Virus record (IMG/VR): IMGVR_UViG_2645727970_000011
Coordinates: 1-35,266 of that record
Direction: 5' to 3' (one strand)
DNA from: a virus
Lineage: Duplodnaviria > Heunggongvirae > Uroviricota > Caudoviricetes
DNA length: 35,266 nucleotides
Under the pieces are notes generated by a model. It worked only from the letters and a program-made list of their open reading frames with translations, was not told the origin of the DNA and made no database searches. A program made the translations under genes and the position numbers. The stretch's first letter is position 1, and every line of letters begins with the position of its first letter. This document shows positions 14,823 through 25,104 of this stretch, piece after piece.

Positions 14823-15145
14823 GATAATGAAACCGTGATTTACATCCCCACAATCCGGGTATGTAAAAGATAGTTCAGGCGAGAACGGATTTAACTAAAT
14901 CTGTGCGCCACCAGTTAACGGCAGTACAGCGAAACAACCCAAGCCAGTAAGTGGGGAAATAACACTGGCAGCCACTGAAAGATGAACCTCCTGCCTTATG
15001 GCAAAAAAGATTCTTTGTGGTGGCGGACTGATGGAAAGACATCGGTTATTGCAGAGGCCATTCAATGAGTGGTCTCGACAATGGCTTATACCCTGCACGG
15101 GATAACTTAACTGATATCCCTTTTAACGGATAAACGGAGCCAACA

Positions 15146-15388
15146 ATGGCAGAGATTATTCCCATGACTGAAGAACAGAAATTCCAGTTAGAGATTTACA
15201 AACTGGTCATGAACCAGAACGCAGCCGCAGAAGAAGCATTTCAGTTCATTGGCACTGACGAGTTGAAGCTTGAGCTATTCAAAATTCACTTCCAGTCAGG
15301 CGGCGCTAATTCAGATATCACGACCCGTACTATCGAAGCGGTGCGTAAATCGAAGGAAGCGTTAGACCTGTTCACTACCGGAGCATAA
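15146..15388 (+). CDS. Hypothetical small protein (80 aa) preceding the terminase genes
   Basis: ATG with GGAG SD 6 nt upstream; first gene after a 353-bp non-coding region. Confidence 0.55.
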   Translation: MAEIIPMTEEQKFQLEIYKLVMNQNAAAEEAFQFIGTDELKLELFKIHFQSGGANSDITTRTIEAVRKSKEALDLFTTGA

Positions 15389-15390
15389 AC

Positions 15391-15831
15391 ATGGCGCGCC
15401 CAACGAAGTATCAAGAGGCGTATGCCGAACAGGCACGCAAACTGTGCTTGCTGGGCTATACAGACGCCGAACTCGCGGACTTCTTTGAAGTTAGCGAGGC
15501 AACAATCAACAATTGGAAATTGGAATATCCGGAGTTTTTAGAGTCCATAAAAAAGGGTAAGGCCGTCGCTGATGCAGAAGTTAGTGATCGTCTTTATCAA
15601 CGCGCTATGGGCTTCGTGGCTCCAGACATCGATATTCGTGTTATTGAAAACAGAATTGTCGAAACTCCGCTTGAGAAGTATTACCCGCCTGATACAACCG
15701 CCGCCATCTTCTGGCTTAAGAACCGACAGAAGGATAAATGGCGCGACAAGGTTGATCACGAGCTAACAGGCAAAGACGGCGGCGCAATTCAGATTGAAAC
15801 ATCACCGATGAGCACTCTATTCGGAAAATGA
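15391..15831 (+). CDS. Terminase small subunit (146 aa)
   Basis: Directly upstream of and overlapping the large terminase; N-terminal HTH-like segment (YTDAELADFFEVSEATINNW). Confidence 0.75.
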   Translation: MARPTKYQEAYAEQARKLCLLGYTDAELADFFEVSEATINNWKLEYPEFLESIKKGKAVADAEVSDRLYQRAMGFVAPDIDIRVIENRIVETPLEKYYPPDTTAAIFWLKNRQKDKWRDKVDHELTGKDGGAIQIETSPMSTLFGK

Positions 15832-17243
15832 CCTCGATTAATCCTATCTTTGAACCGTTCATTGAGGCGCATCGCTACAAAGTTGCCAAAGGCGGTCGAG
15901 GTAGCGGTAAGTCATGGGCAATTGCGAGGCTGCTTGTTGAAGCGGCGCGTCGGCAGCCTGTGCGTATTCTCTGCGCTCGTGAACTGCAAAACAGTATCAG
16001 CGATTCGGTAATCCGGTTGCTTGAAGATACCATCGAGCGTGAAGGGTATTCGGCTGAGTTTGAAATTCAGCGTTCAATGATTCGTCATCTCGGAACGAAT
16101 GCTGAATTCATGTTCTACGGCATCAAAAACAACCCGACGAAGATTAAATCGCTCGAAGGTATTGATATCTGCTGGGTGGAAGAAGCGGAGGCGGTAACGA
16201 AGGAATCATGGGATATCCTGATACCAACCATCCGTAAGCCGTTCTCTGAAATATGGGTGAGCTTTAACCCGAAGAACATCCTCGACGATACCTATCAGCG
16301 ATTCGTCGTAAATCCTCCTGATGATATTTGTCTGCTGACGGTGAACTACACCGACAACCCGCACTTTCCTGAAGTTCTCCGTCTGGAGATGGAAGAGTGC
16401 AAACGCAGAAATCCGACACTGTATCGTCACATCTGGCTTGGTGAGCCGGTAAGCGCAAGTGATATGGCAATCATCAAACGTGAATGGCTTGAAGCCGCAA
16501 CCGATGCGCACAAGAAACTAGGATGGAAAGCGAAAGGCGCTGTTGTTTCTGCACATGACCCGTCAGATACAGGGCCGGATGCTAAAGGTTATGCATCGCG
16601 TCACGGTTCGGTAGTTAAGCGCATTGCCGAAGGTCTGCTGATGGACATCAACGAGGGGGCTGACTGGGCTACTTCGCTGGCGATTGAAGACGGTGCTGAC
16701 CACTACTTGTGGGATGGTGATGGTGTCGGTGCAGGGCTACGCAGACAGACAACGGAAGCGTTCTCCGGTAAGAAAATCACCGCCACGATGTTCAAGGGCA
16801 GCGAATCGCCATTTGATGAAGATGCACCATATCAGGCTGGAGCATGGGCTGATGAAGTCGTGCAGGGCGACAACGTTCGCACTATTGGCGATGTGTTCCG
16901 CAATAAGCGAGCGCAATTCTATTACGCGCTGGCTGACAGGTTGTATCTGACATATCGGGCGGTTGTCCACGGTGAGTATGCAGACCCCGACGACATGCTG
17001 AGCTTCGACAAAGAAGCGATAGGCGAGAAGATGCTGGAGAAGCTGTTTGCAGAACTGACGCAGATTCAGCGCAAATTCAATAACAACGGGAAGCTGGAGC
17101 TTATGACTAAGGTCGAAATGAAGCAGAAGCTCGGTATTCCATCTCCTAACCTGGCTGATGCGCTGATGATGTGTATGCATTGCCCGGAGTCGGCTGCGCA
17201 ACCCGACTATTCCAGTTACTCAATTCCTTGTGGTGTAGGTTGA
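15828..17243 (+). CDS. Terminase large subunit (471 aa)
   Basis: Walker A-like KGGRGSGKS near the N-terminus; Walker B-like CWVEEAE; size and position ahead of the portal gene. Confidence 0.9.
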   Translation: MTSINPIFEPFIEAHRYKVAKGGRGSGKSWAIARLLVEAARRQPVRILCARELQNSISDSVIRLLEDTIEREGYSAEFEIQRSMIRHLGTNAEFMFYGIKNNPTKIKSLEGIDICWVEEAEAVTKESWDILIPTIRKPFSEIWVSFNPKNILDDTYQRFVVNPPDDICLLTVNYTDNPHFPEVLRLEMEECKRRNPTLYRHIWLGEPVSASDMAIIKREWLEAATDAHKKLGWKAKGAVVSAHDPSDTGPDAKGYASRHGSVVKRIAEGLLMDINEGADWATSLAIEDGADHYLWDGDGVGAGLRRQTTEAFSGKKITATMFKGSESPFDEDAPYQAGAWADEVVQGDNVRTIGDVFRNKRAQFYYALADRLYLTYRAVVHGEYADPDDMLSFDKEAIGEKMLEKLFAELTQIQRKFNNNGKLELMTKVEMKQKLGIPSPNLADALMMCMHCPESAAQPDYSSYSIPCGVG

Positions 17244-17244
17244 T

Positions 17245-19443
17245 ATGGCAGAAAAAAAGATGACTGACTGGCATCGCAAGGTGCTGTGCAACTTTGATAA
17301 TGCCTGGTCAGCAACGCAGGATATGCGTAAGCAGATTATTGAGGCTCAACGTTTCGTCCGGGTGTCCGGCGCACAGTGGGAAGGCAGCACAAACGCTGGT
17401 TACTCATTTGATGAAGGCAGGTTTGAGCATTACCCGCGCTTTGAACTGAATAAGATTGCCCGTGAATGTGATCGCATCATTGGCGAGTATCGACAGAATC
17501 GCATCAGCGTTAAATTCAGGCCGAAGGATGACAAGGCATCGGAAGCGTTAGCCGAAAAGATGAACGGCAAATTCCGCGCTGATTATCAGGAAACATCCGG
17601 TGGCGAAGCGTGTGATAACGCATTTGATGATGCTGTAACGGGCGGATTCGGTTGTTTCCGCATGTGTGCTGATTACGAAGATGAAATGGATCCGAGTAAC
17701 GAGCAGCGACGCATCAGCCTTCTTCCTGTTTACGACCCGGCGACATGCGTCTTCTTCGATCAGGACAGCAAGCAATATGACCGCTCTGATGCCATGTGGG
17801 CTATGGAAATGTTCTCCATGACGCCTAAAGCGTTCGAGGCTGAATACCCTGATTCCATCGCGGCAAGCCTTTCTCGTGATGACACTGGTACTCGGTATGA
17901 CTGGTCAACGCCTGACGCCATCTATGTTGGACGCTACTACGAAGTCCGCATAGAGAAGGTGAAGCTCACAGCATGGCGTAACCCTGTCAGCGGAGAAACG
18001 GCAATCTATGATGAAGAGCAAATCAAAGATATTGTCGACGAGCTGACCGATGGTGCATTCGAACTGATTGGCGAGCGAACGGTGAAGAAACGCCGAGTTT
18101 ATTGCGGTCTTCTGTCTGGCGCTGAATGGCTGGAAGAACCGAAGCGTATTCCGGGCGAACATATTCCTCTCATCCCGGTATATGGGCGTCGTTCATTTGT
18201 TGATAATCAGGAGCGAATCGAAGGCCACGCAGCAAAAGCGATGGATGCACAGCGTCTTGAGAACCTGATGGTTTCCATGATTGCAGATAACGCTACTCAG
18301 GCTGGCGGCGATGGCATTCCTGTAGTTGATGTTGACATGATTCCTGGTCCTCTTGCCACTCATTGGGCGGAGCGCAACAAAAAGCGCCCGGCGTTCCTGC
18401 CGATGGTCAGTTTGAAAAACAAAAACGGAGATATTACTGCGCAGGCTCAGGTCAGCAGTTATACGCCTTCGACACAAATGCCTCCAGCTCTTGCCGGGCT
18501 ATTGCAGTACACCGGAACGGCTATTCAGCAAATTACAGGTGCGTCGCAGCTTGAGAACATGCCGAGCAACGTCGCCACCGATACCGTTGATAGCATCTTT
18601 AACCGGATGGACACGCAGTCCTATATCTACATGGACAACATGGCTAAATCCATGCGCCGTGCTGGCGTCGTGTGGCTTTCTATGGCTCGTGAAGTCTATG
18701 GCAGCGATACGCCAATGCGCATCGTTAATGAGGATGGCAGCGATGACGTGGCGCTGATGACTGGTGAAGTGGTTGACCGTCAGGCAGGGCAGGTTATCGC
18801 GCTTAACGACCTTTCGCAGGGTAACTATGAAGTGACTGTCGATGTCGGTCAGTCGTTCGCTACTCGCCGTGATGCAACGGTTAAGTCGTTACTTTCCATG
18901 CTGGCACTTATCCCGCCAGGAACGCCGAAGCATGACCTTGTATCATCGATGATTCTCGACAATATGGACGGCGAAGGGATGGACGACCTGAAAGAATACA
19001 ACCGCAATCAGTTGCTTCTGTCTGGCGTTATCAAGCCGAGAACGCCTGAAGAACAGCAAATGGTTGAGCAGGCGAAACAACAACAGGCCAGTCAGCCAGA
19101 TCCGGCTATGGTTGCAGCGCAAGGTCAGCTTCTTGCAGGTCAGGCTGAATTGCAGAAAGCGCAGAACGAACAGGCAGCCATTCAGGTTAAAGCATTCCAG
19201 GCACAGACTGATGCTCAGGTTGCAGCGGCAAACGTTGTGAAAATCCTCGCATCTGCCGATAGCCAGCAGAAATCTGATATCCGCGAGGCTCTGAAACTGC
19301 TCGGACAGTTCCAGCAACAGCAAGGAGACAATGCCCGTGCTGATGCAGAGCTTGTCCTGAAAAGTCAGGCACAGGGTCATGCGCAGCGCATGGACATCAG
19401 CAGCATCCTGCAAAAATCAACTCAGCAACAACCACAGCAGTAA
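17245..19443 (+). CDS. Portal protein, P22 gp1-like (732 aa)
   Basis: Segments RRRVYCGLLSGAEWLEEPKRIPGEHIPLIPVYG and C-terminal EEQQMVEQAKQQQASQPDPAMVAAQGQLLAGQAELQKAQNEQ resemble the P22 portal as I recall it. Confidence 0.9.
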   Translation: MAEKKMTDWHRKVLCNFDNAWSATQDMRKQIIEAQRFVRVSGAQWEGSTNAGYSFDEGRFEHYPRFELNKIARECDRIIGEYRQNRISVKFRPKDDKASEALAEKMNGKFRADYQETSGGEACDNAFDDAVTGGFGCFRMCADYEDEMDPSNEQRRISLLPVYDPATCVFFDQDSKQYDRSDAMWAMEMFSMTPKAFEAEYPDSIAASLSRDDTGTRYDWSTPDAIYVGRYYEVRIEKVKLTAWRNPVSGETAIYDEEQIKDIVDELTDGAFELIGERTVKKRRVYCGLLSGAEWLEEPKRIPGEHIPLIPVYGRRSFVDNQERIEGHAAKAMDAQRLENLMVSMIADNATQAGGDGIPVVDVDMIPGPLATHWAERNKKRPAFLPMVSLKNKNGDITAQAQVSSYTPSTQMPPALAGLLQYTGTAIQQITGASQLENMPSNVATDTVDSIFNRMDTQSYIYMDNMAKSMRRAGVVWLSMAREVYGSDTPMRIVNEDGSDDVALMTGEVVDRQAGQVIALNDLSQGNYEVTVDVGQSFATRRDATVKSLLSMLALIPPGTPKHDLVSSMILDNMDGEGMDDLKEYNRNQLLLSGVIKPRTPEEQQMVEQAKQQQASQPDPAMVAAQGQLLAGQAELQKAQNEQAAIQVKAFQAQTDAQVAAANVVKILASADSQQKSDIREALKLLGQFQQQQGDNARADAELVLKSQAQGHAQRMDISSILQKSTQQQPQQ

Positions 19444-19533
19444 TTAACCCATAACGTGCAATGGCTGTCTTTATGAGGCCTGGCACCCTATTGCCTTCCG
19501 ATGGGCTGAACATCGAGTAAACAGGGGTAACAA

Positions 19534-20427
19534 ATGGACCAGATGGCAGAAAACACACCAGAAGTTGAAATCGAAACCGACGCGTCAGAGCAGATTCCTG
19601 ATGATGTCGAACTGGCTGAAGAAGTCGAAACAGAAGATGGCAGTGAGTCCTCCGGCAATGATGCAGAGGAAGCTACTGAAACTGATGACGACGAATCAGA
19701 ACAGGAATTCTACTTTGGTGACGAAAAGCTGGATTCGCCAACCAGCGAAGATGGCGCAGAGCATGGACTGGTAAAACACCTGCGCAAGACGATTAAAGAG
19801 AAAGACCGCGAGCTGAAAGAGCTGATGCGTCAGTCTCAGAAACCCGTCGAGCAGCAGCCGGTAATAACTCAACCACCGCGAATGCCAAAACTGGATGATG
19901 AGGACATCGGTTTCGATGAAGAAATCTACCAGCAACGCATGGCTAAGTGGGCAGAGGATAACGGAAAGTACCAGCAACAGGAGATGGCTCGCAAGCAGAA
20001 GGAGCAGGAGCTTCAGGCTGCCTATCAAGAGCGATTATCCAAATATCAGCAACGTGTTAAGGCTCTCAAAGTTCCTGGCTATCAGGAAGCAGAACAGGCC
20101 GTACTCGAGGAAATCCCCATCGAGACACAAAACGCGATCCTGTTTGAGTCAGAGAAGCCGGAAATCGTTGTTCTGGCGCTCGGTCGCAACGCTGAACTGC
20201 GCAAGCAACTGGCAGAAGCTACCAACCCCGTAGCAATTGGTCGTCTGCTGGAACGTATCGAATCGAAGGCCAGAGTCATGCCAAAAGCAAAAACCACGGC
20301 AGCCACAACCCCGACAGTTAAGGGGAGCAACGGCGCAGTAATCAACAACCTCGGCAAATTGAAAGCCAAGGCGCTGGAAACTGGTGACTGGACGCCGTAT
20401 TTCGCCGCTAAAAAGGCAAAAAAATAA
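19534..20427 (+). CDS. Scaffolding protein, P22 gp8-like (297 aa)
   Basis: Position between portal and coat; very acidic N-terminus and basic helical C-terminus. Confidence 0.75.
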   Translation: MDQMAENTPEVEIETDASEQIPDDVELAEEVETEDGSESSGNDAEEATETDDDESEQEFYFGDEKLDSPTSEDGAEHGLVKHLRKTIKEKDRELKELMRQSQKPVEQQPVITQPPRMPKLDDEDIGFDEEIYQQRMAKWAEDNGKYQQQEMARKQKEQELQAAYQERLSKYQQRVKALKVPGYQEAEQAVLEEIPIETQNAILFESEKPEIVVLALGRNAELRKQLAEATNPVAIGRLLERIESKARVMPKAKTTAATTPTVKGSNGAVINNLGKLKAKALETGDWTPYFAAKKAKK

Positions 20428-20445
20428 CCTATCGGAGCATTAAAC

Positions 20446-21699
20446 ATGGCTAACCAATTAGCAAAAGACCTTGAAATCATGTTCGAAAACTACGTTGAAG
20501 GCTTTGAGGCCGCCTGCGTAGTTTCCCGTAACGCTAAAAAATTCCGTCCCGGTGATACAGCAATGCAGCGAGCAGGTGATGTTCTGTATCGTCCGCAGCA
20601 TTACCACATGAACATTGAGGAAGGCCTAGACCTCAGCGGCAAAACGCCAACAGCACTGGTTCAGCGCCTTGTTCCTTCTGTGTTCAAGGAGCCGAAAAAC
20701 ATTCTGTACACTCTGGATGCGCGTGAAATGCGTGACCCGGAACATAAAACTGAAGCTGGTCGCGCCGCAGGTATGCGCCTTGCTGCACAGATTGACTCTG
20801 ACCTGATTTCCATGGTCACGCAGCGTGCTACTAACGTGATCACAATGGCTGACTCAACCACTGGTTCACAGGGCCGTGATTTGTGGAACTGTGCGGCAGG
20901 TATTGATGCCACCATGACGGCGATTGGTGTACCACAGGGTATCAACCGCCGCTCTTTCTGGAACCCCTTCAACTACAAAGACCTTGCTGGCGAGCTTGGT
21001 CACCGTGCCTATGCTCAGGGCGCAACCCTGACAGCATACGAAAAAGCGCAGATCCCTCCGGTTGCGTCCTTCGATAGCTACAAGACCGATATTTCTGGTC
21101 GTGTTCCGAAGGGTACAGCAACTTCCATTACGCTGGCAGCAGCACCTGCGCACAAGGTTGAAGCGAAAGATGCTAACGAAATGCCAGTGGATAACCGACA
21201 GGGGACCATTACGGTATCTGCTGAAGGTTTGCAGGTTGGCGATGCGTTTACCATCGCAGGGGTGAATTCCGTACACCAGATCACCAAAGATACCACCGGG
21301 CAGCCGCAGGTATTCCGCGTTCTGGCAGTTAGCGGAACGACAGTAACTATCTCCCCGAAAATTCTGCCGCCTGACAACGCGGATGTCGCCAGCCGTCCAT
21401 ATGCAAACGTTGATGCTAATGCGGCAAGTAGCGCAGCAATCACCATTCTCAACAAAAATGCCGCACCGGCTAACCTGTTCTGGGCTGATGGTTCTGTTGA
21501 ACTGATGTACGGCAAACTGGCGTTCCCGACTGGTCAGGGTCCACAGGTAATGACAGCAACCACCGAGCAGGGCGCTACGCTGATCATGTCTTACGCCTTC
21601 GACCACATCAAAGGCGTAACCACTGCGCGTTTCACCACTCTGTACGGTTGCTCTGTACTGGTTCCTGAATATACGGGCATCGTTATTGCCGGGCAGTAA
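20446..21699 (+). CDS. Major coat protein, P22 gp5-like (417 aa)
   Basis: Position and size; segments such as NLFWADGSVELMYGK resemble the P22 coat NVFWADDAIRIVS region; followed by a strong terminator. Confidence 0.85.
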   Translation: MANQLAKDLEIMFENYVEGFEAACVVSRNAKKFRPGDTAMQRAGDVLYRPQHYHMNIEEGLDLSGKTPTALVQRLVPSVFKEPKNILYTLDAREMRDPEHKTEAGRAAGMRLAAQIDSDLISMVTQRATNVITMADSTTGSQGRDLWNCAAGIDATMTAIGVPQGINRRSFWNPFNYKDLAGELGHRAYAQGATLTAYEKAQIPPVASFDSYKTDISGRVPKGTATSITLAAAPAHKVEAKDANEMPVDNRQGTITVSAEGLQVGDAFTIAGVNSVHQITKDTTGQPQVFRVLAVSGTTVTISPKILPPDNADVASRPYANVDANAASSAAITILNKNAAPANLFWADGSVELMYGKLAFPTGQGPQVMTATTEQGATLIMSYAFDHIKGVTTARFTTLYGCSVLVPEYTGIVIAGQ

Positions 21700-21704
21700 T
21701 TTAG

Positions 21705-21727
21705 GTGGGGCTTCGGCCCCATTTTTA
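21705..21727 (+). terminator. Rho-independent terminator after the coat gene
   Basis: GC-rich stem gtggggc / gccccat with ttcg loop, followed by TTTTT. Confidence 0.8.
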
Positions 21728-21740
21728 TTGGGAGAAGACA

Positions 21741-21929
21741 ATGGCACGAACAATGCTCTATAAGCCGGGCAACATGATCACCTGTGGTCAGTTTGCTGTC
21801 GATTACATCATTGTTGATGACGAAGAAGTTAAATCTCACCTGAAAAAAGGCTGGGTAAAAACTCCTGAAGAAACCGCAACGAAGCAAAAAGTGGCTAAGG
21901 CGGAAGAAGATGGCGAAAACGAAGGGTGA
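21741..21929 (+). CDS. Small hypothetical protein (62 aa) between coat and gp4
   Basis: ATG at 21741 with GGGAGA SD; internal start of track ORF 21705..21929. Confidence 0.5.
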   Translation: MARTMLYKPGNMITCGQFAVDYIIVDDEEVKSHLKKGWVKTPEETATKQKVAKAEEDGENEG

Positions 21930-22371
21930 TCTCGTTCTTAAGGCTTTACGAAAAGCCGGGCTGTATTCCAATGCCACGTTGACAGATGCTGACCCTCAGG
22001 CAATTGAAGATGCCATTAATGACCTCGAAGACATGATGGCAGCATGGCAGGCAAAAGGTATCGAGCTTGGGTATCAGTTTGCTGATACAGAAAACGGCAT
22101 CATGCCGTTACCTGACGATGATTCAGGTATCCCTGCATGGGCAAATGATGGCGTCGCTTTGAAACTCGCTGTGCAAGTGTGCATGGATAACGTCATTCAG
22201 CCGTCAGACGCTCTCCTTACCGCTGCTGACAGTGCATATCAGACAATCTGTATCGCTTTAACCAAAATACCACCACTTGAGCGGAGAAATGACATGCCTC
22301 GCGGTAGTGGTAACAAAAGCGCGTTTACGTGGAATCGGTTTTACATCGAGAAAGATGATCCGAGTACGTGA
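21910..22371 (+). CDS. Head-to-tail adaptor / tail accessory factor, P22 gp4-like (153 aa)
   Basis: TKGDLVLKALRKAGLYSNATLTDADPQAIEDAINDLEDMMAAW resembles the P22 gp4 N-terminus as I recall it; synteny. Confidence 0.8.
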   Translation: MAKTKGDLVLKALRKAGLYSNATLTDADPQAIEDAINDLEDMMAAWQAKGIELGYQFADTENGIMPLPDDDSGIPAWANDGVALKLAVQVCMDNVIQPSDALLTAADSAYQTICIALTKIPPLERRNDMPRGSGNKSAFTWNRFYIEKDDPST

Positions 22372-22380
22372 GGTGAATAA

Positions 22381-23799
22381 ATGCCGATTCAGCAACTTCC
22401 GCTTATGAAAGGTGTCGGCAAAGACTTTCGAAACGCCGACTATATCGACTATCTGCCAGTGAATATGTTGGCAACCCCCAAAGAAATCCTGAACAGCAGC
22501 GGATATCTTCGCTCATTCCCGGGCATTGCCAAACGCTCTGATGTGAACGGTGTATCGCGCGGCGTCGAGTACAACATGGCGCAGAATGCTGTCTATCGTG
22601 TGTGTGGCGGCAAGCTGTACAAAGGAGAAAGCGAAGTCGGTGACGTCGCCGGAAGTGGTCGCGTATCAATGGCGCATGGTCGAACATCACAGGCGGTAGG
22701 TGTTAATGGTCAACTGGTCGAGTATCGCTATGATGGCACGGTTAAAACAGTCTCAAACTGGCCTACAGACAGCGGATTCACTCAGTATGAGTTAGGTTCG
22801 GTTCGCGACATTACGCGTTTACGTGGGCGTTATGCGTGGTCAAAAGACGGAACTGATTCATGGTTTATCACTGACCTTGAAGACGAATCGCATCCTGACC
22901 GCTACAGCGCACAATATCGTGCAGAATCGCAGCCTGACGGCATCATTGGCATCGGAACATGGCGAGACTTCATCGTCTGTTTTGGTTCATCGACGATTGA
23001 GTATTTTTCCCTGACTGGGGCAACCACCGTTGGTGCTGCTTTGTATGTCGCCCAGCCATCGTTAATGGTGCAGAAAGGCATTGCCGGAACCTACTGCAAA
23101 ACGCAGTTTGCTGATTCGTATGCGTTCATCAGCAATCCGGCAACGGGTGCGCCGTCTGTATACATCATCGGCTCCGGTCAGGTGTCACCAATCGCCAGCG
23201 CGAGCATTGAGAAAATACTCCGCTCCTACACTGCTGATGAACTGGCTGATGGCGTGATGGAATCTCTGCGATTTGATGCGCATGAGCTTCTGATTATCCA
23301 TCTTCCGCGCCATGTTCTGGTGTACGACGCATCTTCAAGCGCCAATGGTCCGCAATGGTGTGTACTGAAAACAGGCCTGTATGACGATGTGTACCGCGCT
23401 ATCGACTTCATTTACGAAGGCAATCAGATAACGTGCGGAGATAAGCTGGAATCCGTGACCGGGAAATTGCAGTTCGACATCAGCAGCCAGTACGACAAGC
23501 AACAGGAACACCTGCTGTTTACTCCGTTGTTCAAAGCGGATAACGCCAGGGTGTTTGACTTTGAGGTTGAATCGTCAACTGGCGTTGCGCAGTACGCCGA
23601 CCGCCTTTTTCTCTCTGCAACCACTGACGGAATCAATTACGGACGTGAGCAGATGATTGAGCAGAATGAACCGTTCGTTTACGACAAACGCGTTTTGTGG
23701 AAGAGAGTAGGGCGCATCAGGAAAAACATTGGCTTCAAATTGCGCGTTATCACGAAGTCACCTGTCACTCTGTCTGGCTGCCAGATAAGGATTGAGTAA
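22381..23799 (+). CDS. Tail hub protein, P22 gp10-like (472 aa)
   Basis: N-terminus [49 protein letters not shown] and C-terminus [10 protein letters not shown] match P22 gp10 as I recall it; same length. Confidence 0.9.
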   Translation: MPIQQLPLMKGVGKDFRNADYIDYLPVNMLATPKEILNSSGYLRSFPGIAKRSDVNGVSRGVEYNMAQNAVYRVCGGKLYKGESEVGDVAGSGRVSMAHGRTSQAVGVNGQLVEYRYDGTVKTVSNWPTDSGFTQYELGSVRDITRLRGRYAWSKDGTDSWFITDLEDESHPDRYSAQYRAESQPDGIIGIGTWRDFIVCFGSSTIEYFSLTGATTVGAALYVAQPSLMVQKGIAGTYCKTQFADSYAFISNPATGAPSVYIIGSGQVSPIASASIEKILRSYTADELADGVMESLRFDAHELLIIHLPRHVLVYDASSSANGPQWCVLKTGLYDDVYRAIDFIYEGNQITCGDKLESVTGKLQFDISSQYDKQQEHLLFTPLFKADNARVFDFEVESSTGVAQYADRLFLSATTDGINYGREQMIEQNEPFVYDKRVLWKRVGRIRKNIGFKLRVITKSPVTLSGCQIRIE

Positions 23800-24647
23800 T
23801 GGCTGATTCGAATCTCAATGTGCCGGTAATCATTCAGGCTACACGGCTCGACACATCAGTCCTTCCACGCAATATCTTCTCGCAGTCGTATCTGCTTTAC
23901 GTTATCGCACAGGGCACTGATGTTGGTAACGTGGCTAACAAGGCCAACGAGGCCGGACAGGGCGCTTATGACGCACAAGTCAGGAACGATGAGCAGGATG
24001 TGATTCTCGCTGACCATGAGCAGCGAATTTCTGCTGCGGAAGCAACGCTTGTTAATCATGAGGAGCGAATCAGCCAGGCAGAATCAACTCTTCAGGAACA
24101 TGAAACGCGAATCGCTCAGAATGAAAGCGATATTGCGTCGCTTGATACCAGAGTTCAGTCGCTGGAATCGCAGGTTTCAGACCATGAAACGCGCATCGAT
24201 GCTCTGGAGTATGCCACTACTCGCAAGAAGTCAGAGGTTGTTTACTCTGGCGTATCTGTAACCATCCCGACAGCGCCGACCAACCTTGTTAGCCTGCTGA
24301 AAACGCTCACGCCGTCATCCGGCACGTTGGCACCATTCTTCGACACCGTTAACAACAAGATGGTTGTGTTCAACGAGAACAAAACCTTGTTCTTCAAGCT
24401 GTCGATTGTCGGGACGTGGCCCAGCGGAACCACCAACAGATCAATGCAGCTAACCTTTTCCGGCTCTGTTCCTGACACACTGGTCAGCAGTCGTAATGCG
24501 GCGACAACAACCGACAACATCCTGTTAGCTACATTCTTCAGCGTGGATAAAGACGGCTTTCTTGCCACAAATGGCAGTACGTTAACCATTCAGTCGAATG
24601 GTGCGGCGTTTACTGCCACAACCATCAAGATAATCGCGGAGCAGTAA
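23799..24647 (+). CDS. Tail needle, P22 gp26-like N-terminus with extended C-terminal domain (282 aa)
   Basis: N-terminus [43 protein letters not shown] matches P22 gp26; heptad trimeric coiled coil in the middle; about 130 aa of non-P22 C-terminal sequence. Confidence 0.85.
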   Translation: MADSNLNVPVIIQATRLDTSVLPRNIFSQSYLLYVIAQGTDVGNVANKANEAGQGAYDAQVRNDEQDVILADHEQRISAAEATLVNHEERISQAESTLQEHETRIAQNESDIASLDTRVQSLESQVSDHETRIDALEYATTRKKSEVVYSGVSVTIPTAPTNLVSLLKTLTPSSGTLAPFFDTVNNKMVVFNENKTLFFKLSIVGTWPSGTTNRSMQLTFSGSVPDTLVSSRNAATTTDNILLATFFSVDKDGFLATNGSTLTIQSNGAAFTATTIKIIAEQ

Positions 24648-25102
24648 TGATTCAGTTCAAACCAACGCGAAACATCGACCTGATCGAAGCAGTCGGAAAT
24701 CACCCTGACATTATTGCCGGAAGCAACAACGGTGATGGATACGACTACAAGCCTGAATGCCGTTACTTTGAGGTGAACGTGCATGGGCAGTTCGGCGGAA
24801 TTGTTTACTATCAGGAGATTCAGCCGCTGACCTTTGATTGCCACGCCATGTACCTGCCAGAGATTCGCGGCTTCAGCAAGGAAATCGGGCTGGCGTTCTG
24901 GCGACACATTCTGACTAACACCACCGTTCAGTGCGTCACATCGTTCGCCGCACGCAAATTCCGCCACGGGCAGATGTACTGCGCAATGATTGGCCTTAAG
25001 CGTGTAGGAACCATCAAGAAATACTTCAAAGGCGTGGATGACGTGACATTTTACAGTGCTACACGCGAAGAACTAATCGACTTCCTGAATCACGGGAGAT
25101 AG
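24647..25102 (+). CDS. gp14-like head/ejection accessory protein (151 aa)
   Basis: Assigned by conserved P22 late-operon order (26-14-7-20-16); ATG overlaps the upstream stop. Confidence 0.55.
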   Translation: MIQFKPTRNIDLIEAVGNHPDIIAGSNNGDGYDYKPECRYFEVNVHGQFGGIVYYQEIQPLTFDCHAMYLPEIRGFSKEIGLAFWRHILTNTTVQCVTSFAARKFRHGQMYCAMIGLKRVGTIKKYFKGVDDVTFYSATREELIDFLNHGR

Positions 25103-25104
25103 CC

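Noticed and set aside
14895-15098. 67-aa minus-strand ORF in the intergenic region upstream of the packaging genes
   Set aside because: No ribosome-binding site, opposite orientation to all surrounding late genes, implausible composition.
16206-17201. Minus-strand ORFs of 101 and 154 aa inside the large terminase gene
   Set aside because: Antisense to a gene with clear Walker motifs; no SD sequences; treated as shadow frames.
20866-21753. 295-aa minus-strand ORF antisense to the coat gene
   Set aside because: Lies entirely antisense to a well-supported structural gene in a uniformly rightward operon; Cys/Arg-rich composition typical of a shadow frame.
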